32,000 nt of DNA from Thermosulfurimonas dismutans (GTDB lineage Bacteria > Desulfobacterota > Thermodesulfobacteria > Thermodesulfobacteriales > Thermodesulfobacteriaceae). Both the position numbers and the translations under genes were made by a program. Every line of letters begins with the position of its first letter. Within the stretch, counting starts at the first letter, position 1. The stretch is taken from the NCBI RefSeq assembly GCF_001652585.1, contig NZ_LWLG01000003.1, positions 30,001 to 62,000 of the forward strand, given 5' to 3'. This document shows, piece by piece, positions 1 through 6,759 of the stretch. The notes beneath the pieces are model-generated. The model was not told the origin of the DNA. It made no database searches and was given only the letters and a program-made list of their open reading frames with translations.

Positions 1-1242
1 TTGAGAATTAAGCCCTGCGGTCTTGCGAGCGAACCTGGGGGCATGACCCAGCGAAGCTGCGTTTATTTCGGCGCCCGCTATGTGCTTGGGCCGATACGGG
101 AGGCGGTGCATCTGGTGCATGGCCCCGTGGGCTGCGGTTACTATGGAGCTATGGTCCGGGGGGAGGCCAAAGACCTCTTTGGAACCGCACTTACAGCCGG
201 AGAGATTATTTTTGGAGGTCTTGATAAACTGAGGAAGGCCCTGCATGAGGCCTTTGCCCTTAGACCCTCGGCCCGCGGGGCCTTTTTGTACGCTACCTGC
301 ACAACGGGGCTTATCGGGGAAGATCTTGCAGGCCTTGCCCGCGAAATCGAGAGAGAATCTGGACGCAGGATCGTGGTGGTGGACTGTCCGGGGTTTTCCG
401 GAAAGAGCCAGGCCGGGGGCCACGCTGTGGCCTACCGGAGTTTACTTAACTTGGTTCGGCCCTTTTCCAAGGCCGAGCACCCCACGGTAAACCTCATCGG
501 AGAGTACAATGTAGCTGGAGAGGCCCGGGAGATAAAACGACTTCTTGAGAAACTTGGGGTTAAGGTCCACACGGTGCTTACCGGTGATACCCGTTTTTCG
601 GAGATAGAGCGACTTTCCCGGGCTCATCTGAATCTCCTTTTCTGCGGTTCAACCGCTAGGGAGTTTGCCTCGGCCCTGAAGGAGCGATTTGGTCTTCCCT
701 ACCTAAAGGTCTCCTTTTATGGGCTTTCGGCCGTGGGGGCTTCTCTTCGGAAGGTAGGAGAGGCCTTGGGCCTCTCTTCTGACAAGGTGGAGGATCTGAT
801 TCGGGAGGAGGAGACCCGGACCTTTAGGGAGATAAGGTCCTGGCTTAAACTCTTTTCCGGAAAAAGAGTACTGGTGGTACTTGGGGCCGGGAGACTGGGA
901 CCCTTAGGGAGAATGCTTAGAGAACTCGGCTTTGAGGTCATAGGGGCGGCTTCGGTCTTCGGGAGCTCCGAAGATCACCAAGAGGCCGCTCCCTTTTCCG
1001 GTTTTCTTACCGATGATCCCGGAGATGACGAATTTGAAAGGGCCCTTTCTATGCTTAAGCCCGATCTCGTGATCACCAACGCCCGAGAGCAGTGGCGAGC
1101 GGTAAAACTTGGTTTTCCCACCCTCTCTTTTCCTCAAGAGCGCAGACGCGGCCCCTACACCGGTTATCAAGGTTTTGTCAATTTTGTTTATAGTTTGGTC
1201 CGCGTTCTTCGGGCTCCGGTGTGGCGCCTCAAAGCCCTATAA
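1..1242 (+). CDS. nifE: nitrogenase component-1 family protein, NifE-like (5'-partial, open to the window edge)
   Basis: The ORF runs from base 1. It carries NifD/E-family signatures: SCVYFGARYVLGPIREAVHLVHGPVGC, NLIGEYNVAGE, LNLLFCGSTAREFA...SFYG, and a C-terminal PQERRRGPYTGYQGF...APVW. The QER motif (no His at the NifD His442-equivalent position) and the CGS/SFYG context resemble NifE more than NifD. A nitrogenase-like paralog (Nfl/Mar type) cannot be excluded. Confidence 0.6.
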   Translation: MRIKPCGLASEPGGMTQRSCVYFGARYVLGPIREAVHLVHGPVGCGYYGAMVRGEAKDLFGTALTAGEIIFGGLDKLRKALHEAFALRPSARGAFLYATCTTGLIGEDLAGLAREIERESGRRIVVVDCPGFSGKSQAGGHAVAYRSLLNLVRPFSKAEHPTVNLIGEYNVAGEAREIKRLLEKLGVKVHTVLTGDTRFSEIERLSRAHLNLLFCGSTAREFASALKERFGLPYLKVSFYGLSAVGASLRKVGEALGLSSDKVEDLIREEETRTFREIRSWLKLFSGKRVLVVLGAGRLGPLGRMLRELGFEVIGAASVFGSSEDHQEAAPFSGFLTDDPGDDEFERALSMLKPDLVITNAREQWRAVKLGFPTLSFPQERRRGPYTGYQGFVNFVYSLVRVLRAPVWRLKAL

Positions 1243-1350
1243 CCTGAACCGCAAAAAGTTCCCTCGCCAAAGACCTTACCTACTTATAAAACCATCTCGA
1301 AAGGATCATTTTCGGCCTTTTTAAGTTACTTTTTGTCACTTTTGTAAACT

Positions 1351-1369
1351 ACATTATTAACAATAATGT
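1351..1369. promoter_or_regulatory. perfect 8-3-8 inverted repeat ACATTATT-AAC-AATAATGT, a candidate activator site upstream of the amtB promoter
   Basis: The palindrome was read directly from the sequence. It lies about 70-85 bp upstream of the -24 GG of the putative sigma-54 promoter, a typical position for an enhancer-binding-protein site. It does not match the NtrC consensus. Confidence 0.3.
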
Positions 1370-1436
1370 CATAAAAATCGTTAAGCTGCTTTCATTAAAT
1401 CCTTCTAGGGCTATTCGTTACAGTAATTTTCATATT

Positions 1437-1451
1437 TGGCATAAATCTTGT
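1437..1451 (+). promoter_or_regulatory. sigma-54 (-24/-12) type promoter candidate for amtB-glnK
   Basis: TGGCATAAATCTTGT compared with the consensus TGGCAC-N5-TTGC: the GG (1438-1439) and the -12 dinucleotide (1450-1451, GT instead of GC) have the correct N10 spacing. It sits about 37 bp upstream of the amtB ATG, in front of a strong RBS (GGAGGAGG). Confidence 0.5.
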
Positions 1452-1487
1452 ATTCAAGATTGGTAAAAACGAAGGAGGAGGTAGGGT

Positions 1488-2870
1488 ATGGAGAGTGGCA
1501 GGTTTTATTCGGGTAAAAGGGTTGGGCCGATTTTATCGGCGGTGTTTTTACTGGGCTCAGGGATGGCCCTGGCCGGGGACCCCACCGGGGCCGAAACCCT
1601 GAAGTCCGACCCCGGGCTTCCGGTGGACTATGTCTGGGTGTTGGTGTGCGGATTCTTGGTGATGTTCATGCAGGCGGGCTTTGCCTGTGTGGAGGCCGGT
1701 TTCTGCCGGGCCAAGAATGCCACCAATCTCTTAACCAAGAACCTCATGGACTTTGTGGTGGGGGCACTGGTTTTCTGGGCCGTGGGTTATGCCCTGATTA
1801 CCGGCACGGACTGGAAGGGCCTCATCGGGACTTCGGGCTTTTTCCTCTCTGGTGAGGGTTACGATGTCGGCAACTACCTTTCCTTTTTCTGGCAGATGGT
1901 CTTTGCCGCCACGGCGGCGACCATCGTCTCAGGGGCCGTGGCCGAACGTATCAAGTTTCAGGCCTATCTCCTTTATTCCATAGCGATTACCGGTTTCATC
2001 TACCCGGTTTACGCCCACTGGGTCTGGGGCGGGGGTTGGCTTTCAAAACTGGGCTTCGGACTCGGACACCTAGACTTTGCGGGCTCCGGTGTGGTGCATG
2101 CCGTAGGAGGTTTGGTGGGGCTTGCCGGGGCCATCGTTCTCGGGCCGCGTTTTGGAAAGTTCGACAAAAACGGCAAACCCCGGGCCATTCCCGGGCACAA
2201 CATCCCGTTGGCTGCGCTCGGGGTCTTCATCCTCTGGTTTGGCTGGTACGGCTTTAACCCCGGTTCCACCTTTTCTGCCCATCACCTGCGCATCTCGGTG
2301 ATCGCGGTGAATACCACCCTTGCGGCCGCGGCGGCCTCCCTTACAGCCCTTATCCTCGTGCTCGCCAAGACCCGAAAGTTTGATCTCGGTATGGCCCTGA
2401 ACGGCGTGCTTGCTGGCCTGGTGGCCATTACCGCTCCCTGTGCCTGGGTTGAGGCCTGGGCCGCGGTGGTGATCGGTATCGTCGCTGGCATCATCCTTGT
2501 GGCTGGGGTCTATTTCCTTGAGGCTATAAAGGTTGATGACCCGGTGGGAGCCGTCCCGGTACACGGTTTTAACGGCCTATGGGGTCTTATCGCCGTAGGT
2601 CTGTTTGCCGATGGAACTTACGGAAACTACGCCATCGAACCCCCCTTTGTGAAGGGACTCTTCTACGGGGGCGGGGTAGATCAGCTCATCGCCCAGGTGA
2701 TCGGGGCGGTAGCGCTTTTCGTCTGGGCCTTCGGTGCGGGGCTTGTGCTCTTCAAGGTGCTCGATCTCGTAGTCGGCATCCGGGTCTCTCCGAAGGAGGA
2801 GATTCAGGGGCTTGATCTATTTGAACACGGTACCCCGGCTTATCCCGAATTCTATACCGTAAGGAGGTAA
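1488..2870 (+). CDS. amtB: ammonium transporter (Amt family)
   Basis: 460-aa polytopic membrane protein with an N-terminal signal-like segment. Amt signatures are DFAGSGVVHAVGG, WFGWYGFNPGS and VHGFNGLWG. It is immediately followed by a P-II gene. Confidence 0.97.
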   Translation: MESGRFYSGKRVGPILSAVFLLGSGMALAGDPTGAETLKSDPGLPVDYVWVLVCGFLVMFMQAGFACVEAGFCRAKNATNLLTKNLMDFVVGALVFWAVGYALITGTDWKGLIGTSGFFLSGEGYDVGNYLSFFWQMVFAATAATIVSGAVAERIKFQAYLLYSIAITGFIYPVYAHWVWGGGWLSKLGFGLGHLDFAGSGVVHAVGGLVGLAGAIVLGPRFGKFDKNGKPRAIPGHNIPLAALGVFILWFGWYGFNPGSTFSAHHLRISVIAVNTTLAAAAASLTALILVLAKTRKFDLGMALNGVLAGLVAITAPCAWVEAWAAVVIGIVAGIILVAGVYFLEAIKVDDPVGAVPVHGFNGLWGLIAVGLFADGTYGNYAIEPPFVKGLFYGGGVDQLIAQVIGAVALFVWAFGAGLVLFKVLDLVVGIRVSPKEEIQGLDLFEHGTPAYPEFYTVRR

Positions 2871-2874
2871 AACC

Positions 2875-3213
2875 ATGAAGGAAATAAGAGCCATCATCAG
2901 ACCAGAAAAAATGGAGGAGGTTTTGGCGGCTTTGGAAAAGGTGGGCCATCCCGGGGTCACGGTCTATCAGGTGGAGGGTCACGGGCGGCAGGCCGGCCTG
3001 GTGGAACAGTTCCGGGGACGGGAATTCCGGGTGGATCTCTTGCCCAAGATGGAAGTGAGGGTGGTCTGTAAGGACGAAGATGTGGAGAAGATTATGCAGG
3101 CCATCGCTTCGGCGGCCCGCACCGGCGAGATCGGAGACGGAAAGATCTTCGTCTACGAGGTCATCGAGGCCCTTAGGATACGCTCCGGCGAACGGGGAGA
3201 GGCCGCTATTTAA
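2875..3213 (+). CDS. glnK: P-II nitrogen regulatory protein, amtB-linked (GlnK-type), with Phe at T-loop position 51
   Basis: 112 aa with the P-II motifs GxGRQ and TGEIGDGKIF. It starts 4 nt after the amtB stop. The T-loop reads GHGRQAGLVEQFRGREF, so residue 51 is F rather than Y. Confidence 0.93.
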   Translation: MKEIRAIIRPEKMEEVLAALEKVGHPGVTVYQVEGHGRQAGLVEQFRGREFRVDLLPKMEVRVVCKDEDVEKIMQAIASAARTGEIGDGKIFVYEVIEALRIRSGERGEAAI

Positions 3214-3301
3214 ATTTTTTGTTGGACAAATGTTAAAAAATTGTTTAGACTATCAAAATTGAATGTTAAAAAAATAACAAAAATGTAAAGGGAGGTGTAG
3301 G

Positions 3302-4096
3302 ATGGGAGGTGCTAGAAGGATCTGGGTAGTGTTAGGGTTTGTGGTATTCGGGTTATGGCTTCTTGCGGGAGGGGTAAGGGCCGAGGAGGCCAAGCCCTCG
3401 GCGGATTTCACGGTGGATGTGCTCTCGCAGTATGTCTGGCGGGGCTTCGGACTTTCGGACGACTCGGTAGTGATTCAACCCTCGATGACGGTCTCCTACC
3501 TCGGGGCCTATGTGAACCTCTGGGGTAACTATGACACCGACGAGAAGGGTAGTGACGATGCCAACTGGAACGAGACGGATTTCACGTTCGGATATACCTA
3601 CGACAAGTTGCCCTACGGAATGAGTCTGGATGTAGGAGGCATCTATTACGCCCTGGATGGTATCGACGATTCCTTTGAGCTCTTTGCCGGGCTTTCGGCC
3701 ACCTGTCCGAAGACCGGGATCAACTTTGGTCTTACGATTTATCGCGAACTCTCCCACTATCCCGGCACCTGGTATGAGCTCTCGGCCGGGCGGGACTTTG
3801 GGCTACCCTGGTACAAGGCCACTTTGAGCCTCTCGGCCTCGGCCATGTACCTCGACTCCGACGACAAGGGTGCCTATCCCGATCCCGACGATCCTAACGA
3901 TGAGTTTTCCGGCTGGCTCTATCTCCAGCTTGGGGCGGAGGTCAGCGTCCCGGTTGGTCGGTACTTCACCGTGACTCCCAAGGTCTACTACAGTTTTTCC
4001 CTTTCCGACGACGCCGACGATCTCATTGAGGACGGCTCCTGGGACAACCACCACGACCACTTCTTCGGCGGCGTGAGTGTGAGCTTTTCCTTCTAA
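3302..4096 (+). CDS. outer-membrane beta-barrel protein, TorF/Gcw_chp (TIGR02001-like) putative porin
   Basis: It has a signal peptide (WLLAGGVRAEEA). The N-terminal pattern SADFTVDVLSQYVWRGFGLSDDSVVIQPS matches the family start (S..Y.[FW]RG......P..Q). Alternating aromatic/Gly strands are present, and the C-terminus VSVSFSF ends in Phe, as is typical of OMPs. Confidence 0.7.
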   Translation: MGGARRIWVVLGFVVFGLWLLAGGVRAEEAKPSADFTVDVLSQYVWRGFGLSDDSVVIQPSMTVSYLGAYVNLWGNYDTDEKGSDDANWNETDFTFGYTYDKLPYGMSLDVGGIYYALDGIDDSFELFAGLSATCPKTGINFGLTIYRELSHYPGTWYELSAGRDFGLPWYKATLSLSASAMYLDSDDKGAYPDPDDPNDEFSGWLYLQLGAEVSVPVGRYFTVTPKVYYSFSLSDDADDLIEDGSWDNHHDHFFGGVSVSFSF

Positions 4097-4117
4097 GGTA
4101 TTATCCTCGACTCCGAA

Positions 4118-4166
4118 GAAAGGGCCCGGTTTGGTCTTGTAGGCCAAACCGGGCCCTTTCGCTTTA
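4118..4166 (+). terminator. rho-independent terminator candidate downstream of the porin gene
   Basis: There is a perfect 17-bp stem, GAAAGGGCCCGGTTTGG (4118-4134) with CCAAACCGGGCCCTTTC (4144-4160), and a 9-nt loop. It is followed by GCTTTATAAT, a weak T tract. Confidence 0.6.
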
Positions 4167-4179
4167 TAATTCAGCCTTT

Positions 4180-4273
4180 AGGCCGGGGTCGGAATCGAAC
4201 CGGCCAGCTACCCCTATTCTGGGTGCCCACAGGGTTTGCAGCCCCGGGGGAGCACCAGCCCCCTCTCCCGGCC
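4180..4273 (-). tRNA. tRNASec-shaped long-variable-arm tRNA with GCA (Cys) anticodon, no encoded CCA
   Basis: The minus-strand sequence is GGCCGGGAGAGGGGGCTGGTGCTCCCCCGGGGCTGCAAACCCTGTGGGCACCCAGAATAGGGGTAGCTGGCCGGTTCGATTCCGACCCCGGCCT. Acceptor: GGCCGGG pairs with CCCGGCC (7 bp), followed by U (4180) at the discriminator position. D-arm: 6-bp stem GGGGGC/GCTCCC (one G.U) with a 4-nt loop TGGT. Anticodon arm: CGGGG/CCCTG with loop CTGCAAA, giving anticodon GCA. Variable region: about 25 nt, foldable into a stem of roughly 7 bp. T-arm: GCCGG-TTCGATT-CCGAC with one C.A mismatch. An alternative 8/5 reading starts at 4274 (G.U closing pair, discriminator A4179). A TATAAT box on the minus strand (plus-strand coordinates 4285-4290) lies about 11 nt upstream. 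Confidence 0.75.
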
Positions 4274-4387
4274 CCCAGTAGAGAATTATATCTTGTTCAT
4301 TTCTATTACAGAAATAGATTTTAAAAATAAAAAGGGGGGGAGAGATATTGGTGAGTGGAGTAATATTATTAAAGTCGAGGTTTTAAG

Positions 4388-5302
4388 GTGAGAGGACTTT
4401 ACTATTCACTAAATCAATTCCTGAAGGAGAGATTCGGAGAGCGGGTCCAGAAGGTGCCGCTTGATGCGGGGTTCACCTGTCCTAACCGGGACGGTAGCAA
4501 GGGTCGGGGCGGGTGCCTTTATTGTAACGCTTACGGTTCCGGTACCGGTGCTTTCCGGGAAGGGCTTTCGATAAGGGAACAGATGCTCCGCGGCATGGAG
4601 CACATGGCCCGCCGCTACGGTGCCCGGAAGTTCCTGGCCTATTTCCAGGCCTTCTCGAACACCTACGGCCCGCTGGAGGTCCTTCGCGCCCGCTATGAGG
4701 AGGCCCTGGTGGATGAGCGGGTGGTGGGATTCTGTGTCGGAACGCGTCCGGACTGCGTGGATGAGGCTGTGGCCGGCGTTCTTGCGGAGTTCAAGAATCG
4801 AGACCTCATGGTCTGGGTGGAACTCGGGCTCCAGAGCGTGCACAACGAGACCCTTGCCCGTATAAACCGGGGCCATACCTTCGAGGACTTTGTGAAGGCC
4901 CTTGAAGTCTTAAAGGCGCGAGGCCTTCTCGTCTGTGTGCACATCATCTTCGGACTTCCAGGGGAGTGGCATCTTGAGATGCTTGAGACCGTAAAGACGC
5001 TCGCCCGGTTGCCCATTGATGGTATCAAATTTCATGAGCTCTACGTGGTGAGGGGGTCCGGGATGGAGAGACTCTATCGAGAGGGTCGGTATCAGCCTTT
5101 AACCCAGGGGGAATACGCAGATCTCGTGGCCGAGGCCATCGCTCATCTTCCTCCGAAGGTAGTCATTCAGAGGCTTACTGGAGATCCGCGGCCGGAGGAA
5201 CTGGTAGCCCCGGATTGGGCCCGGGACAAAGCCGGCACCCGCCGCCTCATTGAGGAGACCATGTTAAACCGCGGTCTCTATCAGGGGAAGTATCTGGAAT
5301 AG
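4388..5302 (+). CDS. radical SAM protein, TIGR01212 (YhcC-like) family
   Basis: GTG start with GAGG 7 nt upstream. The N-terminal motif FTCPNRDGSKGRGGCLYCN is the atypical Cys cluster of the TIGR01212 family. The size (304 aa) and the C-terminal QRLTGD-type region also fit. Confidence 0.85.
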   Translation: MRGLYYSLNQFLKERFGERVQKVPLDAGFTCPNRDGSKGRGGCLYCNAYGSGTGAFREGLSIREQMLRGMEHMARRYGARKFLAYFQAFSNTYGPLEVLRARYEEALVDERVVGFCVGTRPDCVDEAVAGVLAEFKNRDLMVWVELGLQSVHNETLARINRGHTFEDFVKALEVLKARGLLVCVHIIFGLPGEWHLEMLETVKTLARLPIDGIKFHELYVVRGSGMERLYREGRYQPLTQGEYADLVAEAIAHLPPKVVIQRLTGDPRPEELVAPDWARDKAGTRRLIEETMLNRGLYQGKYLE

Positions 5303-5359
5303 ATTCCTTACCGTCAGCCGCTTGCCGGGATATAGGCTCCGGAATAGAATGGAGGGACT

Positions 5360-6754
5360 ATGAAATGGGATAAAAGGAAAATTCTTGAGATCGATCGGAA
5401 ACATATCTGGCATCCTTTCACCCAGATGAAGGATTACGAAGACCGGGACCCTCCGGTCATCGTGGAAGCCCAGGGGGTGAAATTCCGAACCATAGAGGGT
5501 CGTGAGCTCTACGATACCATCTCCTCCTGGTGGACCAATGTGCACGGGCATCTCCATCCGCTCCTAAATGAGGCTATCCGGGAACAGCTCACCCGACTGG
5601 ATCATGTCAATTTTTCCGGTTTTACGCATCCGTACGCCGTGGAAGTAATCGAGAGACTCCGGAGGTTTCTTCCTCCAGAGCTTTCCCGGTTCTTTTTCTC
5701 GGACAACGGTTCCACTGCGGTGGAGGTGGCCCTCAAGATGGCCTTTCAGTTCTGGCAAAACCGGGGTTTTACCCGCAGGACCCGCTTTGTTTGCCTGGAG
5801 AACGGCTATCACGGAGACACCATTGGGGCCGTGAGCGTGGGTGGGGTGGATCTCTTCTTCAAGCTCTACAAGCCCCTGACCTTTAAGACCTTTCGGGCTC
5901 CGGCGCCTTACTGCTACCGCTGTCCCGAAAATCTCGACCGCAATTTTACACTGGAGGCTTCGAAACCTTCTTGTAATTTTCGATGTCTTGAGGAGTTAGA
6001 GAAAATTTTTAAAGAATATCATGAAGAGATCTGTGCCGTGATCGTGGAGCCCAGGTTGCTGGCAGCCGGAGGTATGATTGTCTATCCCGCCGAATACCTG
6101 CGGGGTTTGATAGAGTTGGCTCGGCGATACGAGGTTCTCACCATCTTCGATGAGGTGGCTACTGGGTTTGGCCGTACCGGCACCATGTTCGCCATGGAAC
6201 AGGCGGGGGTGGTACCGGATATCCTCTGTCTGGCAAAAGGACTTACCGGTGGAGTGCTCCCTATGGCCCTTACAGTGACCACCGAGCGGATCTTCCAGGC
6301 CTTTTACGCTGATTACCTTGAGGGTAAAACCTTTTACCACGGCCATTCCTTTACGGCCAATCCCATCTGTTGCTCGGTGGCCATAGCCAACCTTAAACTC
6401 TTTGAGGATGAAAAGCCCCTGGAGAAGGGTAGGGAGGTCCGGAACTATTTCCATCGGCGTCTCGTGGAACTCTTTTCGGATCGTCCCTATGTGGGAGACA
6501 TCCGCTACCTTGGATACGTGGGGGCCGTGGAACTAGTGGCGGACCGAAAGACCAAGAAACCCTTCCCACCGGAAAAGCGCGTGGGTTTTCGCATCTACAT
6601 GACCTCCCTTGAGAGGGGGCTGGTTCTTCGTCCCCTTGGGGATGTGATCTACTGGTTCCTGCCCCTCTGTGTTACCAAAGAGGAGGTGGAGGAGATCCTC
6701 ACCCAGAGTCTGGCAGTCATTGAGGAAGTGGTCACGGATCTGTCTGCCGGCTAA
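5360..6754 (+). CDS. bioA: adenosylmethionine-8-amino-7-oxononanoate aminotransferase
   Basis: Class-III aminotransferase with a BioA-type N-terminus (HIWHPFTQM, SSWWTNVHGH), FDEVATGFGRTG, and the PLP lysine context LCLAKGLTGG. It sits in the bio cluster. Confidence 0.95.
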   Translation: MKWDKRKILEIDRKHIWHPFTQMKDYEDRDPPVIVEAQGVKFRTIEGRELYDTISSWWTNVHGHLHPLLNEAIREQLTRLDHVNFSGFTHPYAVEVIERLRRFLPPELSRFFFSDNGSTAVEVALKMAFQFWQNRGFTRRTRFVCLENGYHGDTIGAVSVGGVDLFFKLYKPLTFKTFRAPAPYCYRCPENLDRNFTLEASKPSCNFRCLEELEKIFKEYHEEICAVIVEPRLLAAGGMIVYPAEYLRGLIELARRYEVLTIFDEVATGFGRTGTMFAMEQAGVVPDILCLAKGLTGGVLPMALTVTTERIFQAFYADYLEGKTFYHGHSFTANPICCSVAIANLKLFEDEKPLEKGREVRNYFHRRLVELFSDRPYVGDIRYLGYVGAVELVADRKTKKPFPPEKRVGFRIYMTSLERGLVLRPLGDVIYWFLPLCVTKEEVEEILTQSLAVIEEVVTDLSAG

Positions 6755-6759
6755 AAGCT

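Noticed and set aside
1297-1322. A possible terminator after the nifE-like gene (AAAGG-N11-CCTTT followed by TT).
   Set aside because: The stem is only 5 bp, A/U-rich, with an 11-nt loop. That is too weak to call by eye.
1109-1324. A 71-aa plus-strand ORF overlapping the nifE-like gene end, and other ORFs of 60-90 aa in the track (for example 245-490, 1646-1855, 8573-8842, 24648-24857, 24921-25181).
   Set aside because: They are out-of-frame overlaps with well-supported genes, have Arg/Pro/Gly-rich compositions, and lack an RBS or recognisable motifs.
3224-3239. TGGACAAATGTTAAAA as a sigma-54 promoter for the porin gene.
   Set aside because: GG is present, but the position 10 nt downstream is AA, not GC, so it fails the -12 element.
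3229-3273. The direct repeats AATGTTAAAAAA x2 as a CRISPR-like or other repeat array.
   Set aside because: There are only two short, low-complexity copies. No repeat-spacer periodicity or cas genes are present anywhere in the window.
4180-4273. Calling this tRNA the genuine selC (tRNASec, UCA).
   Set aside because: The 7-nt anticodon loop reads CTGCAAA, so the anticodon is GCA, not UCA. The discriminator position in the 7-bp reading is U (Cys-like) rather than the G seen in bacterial tRNASec.
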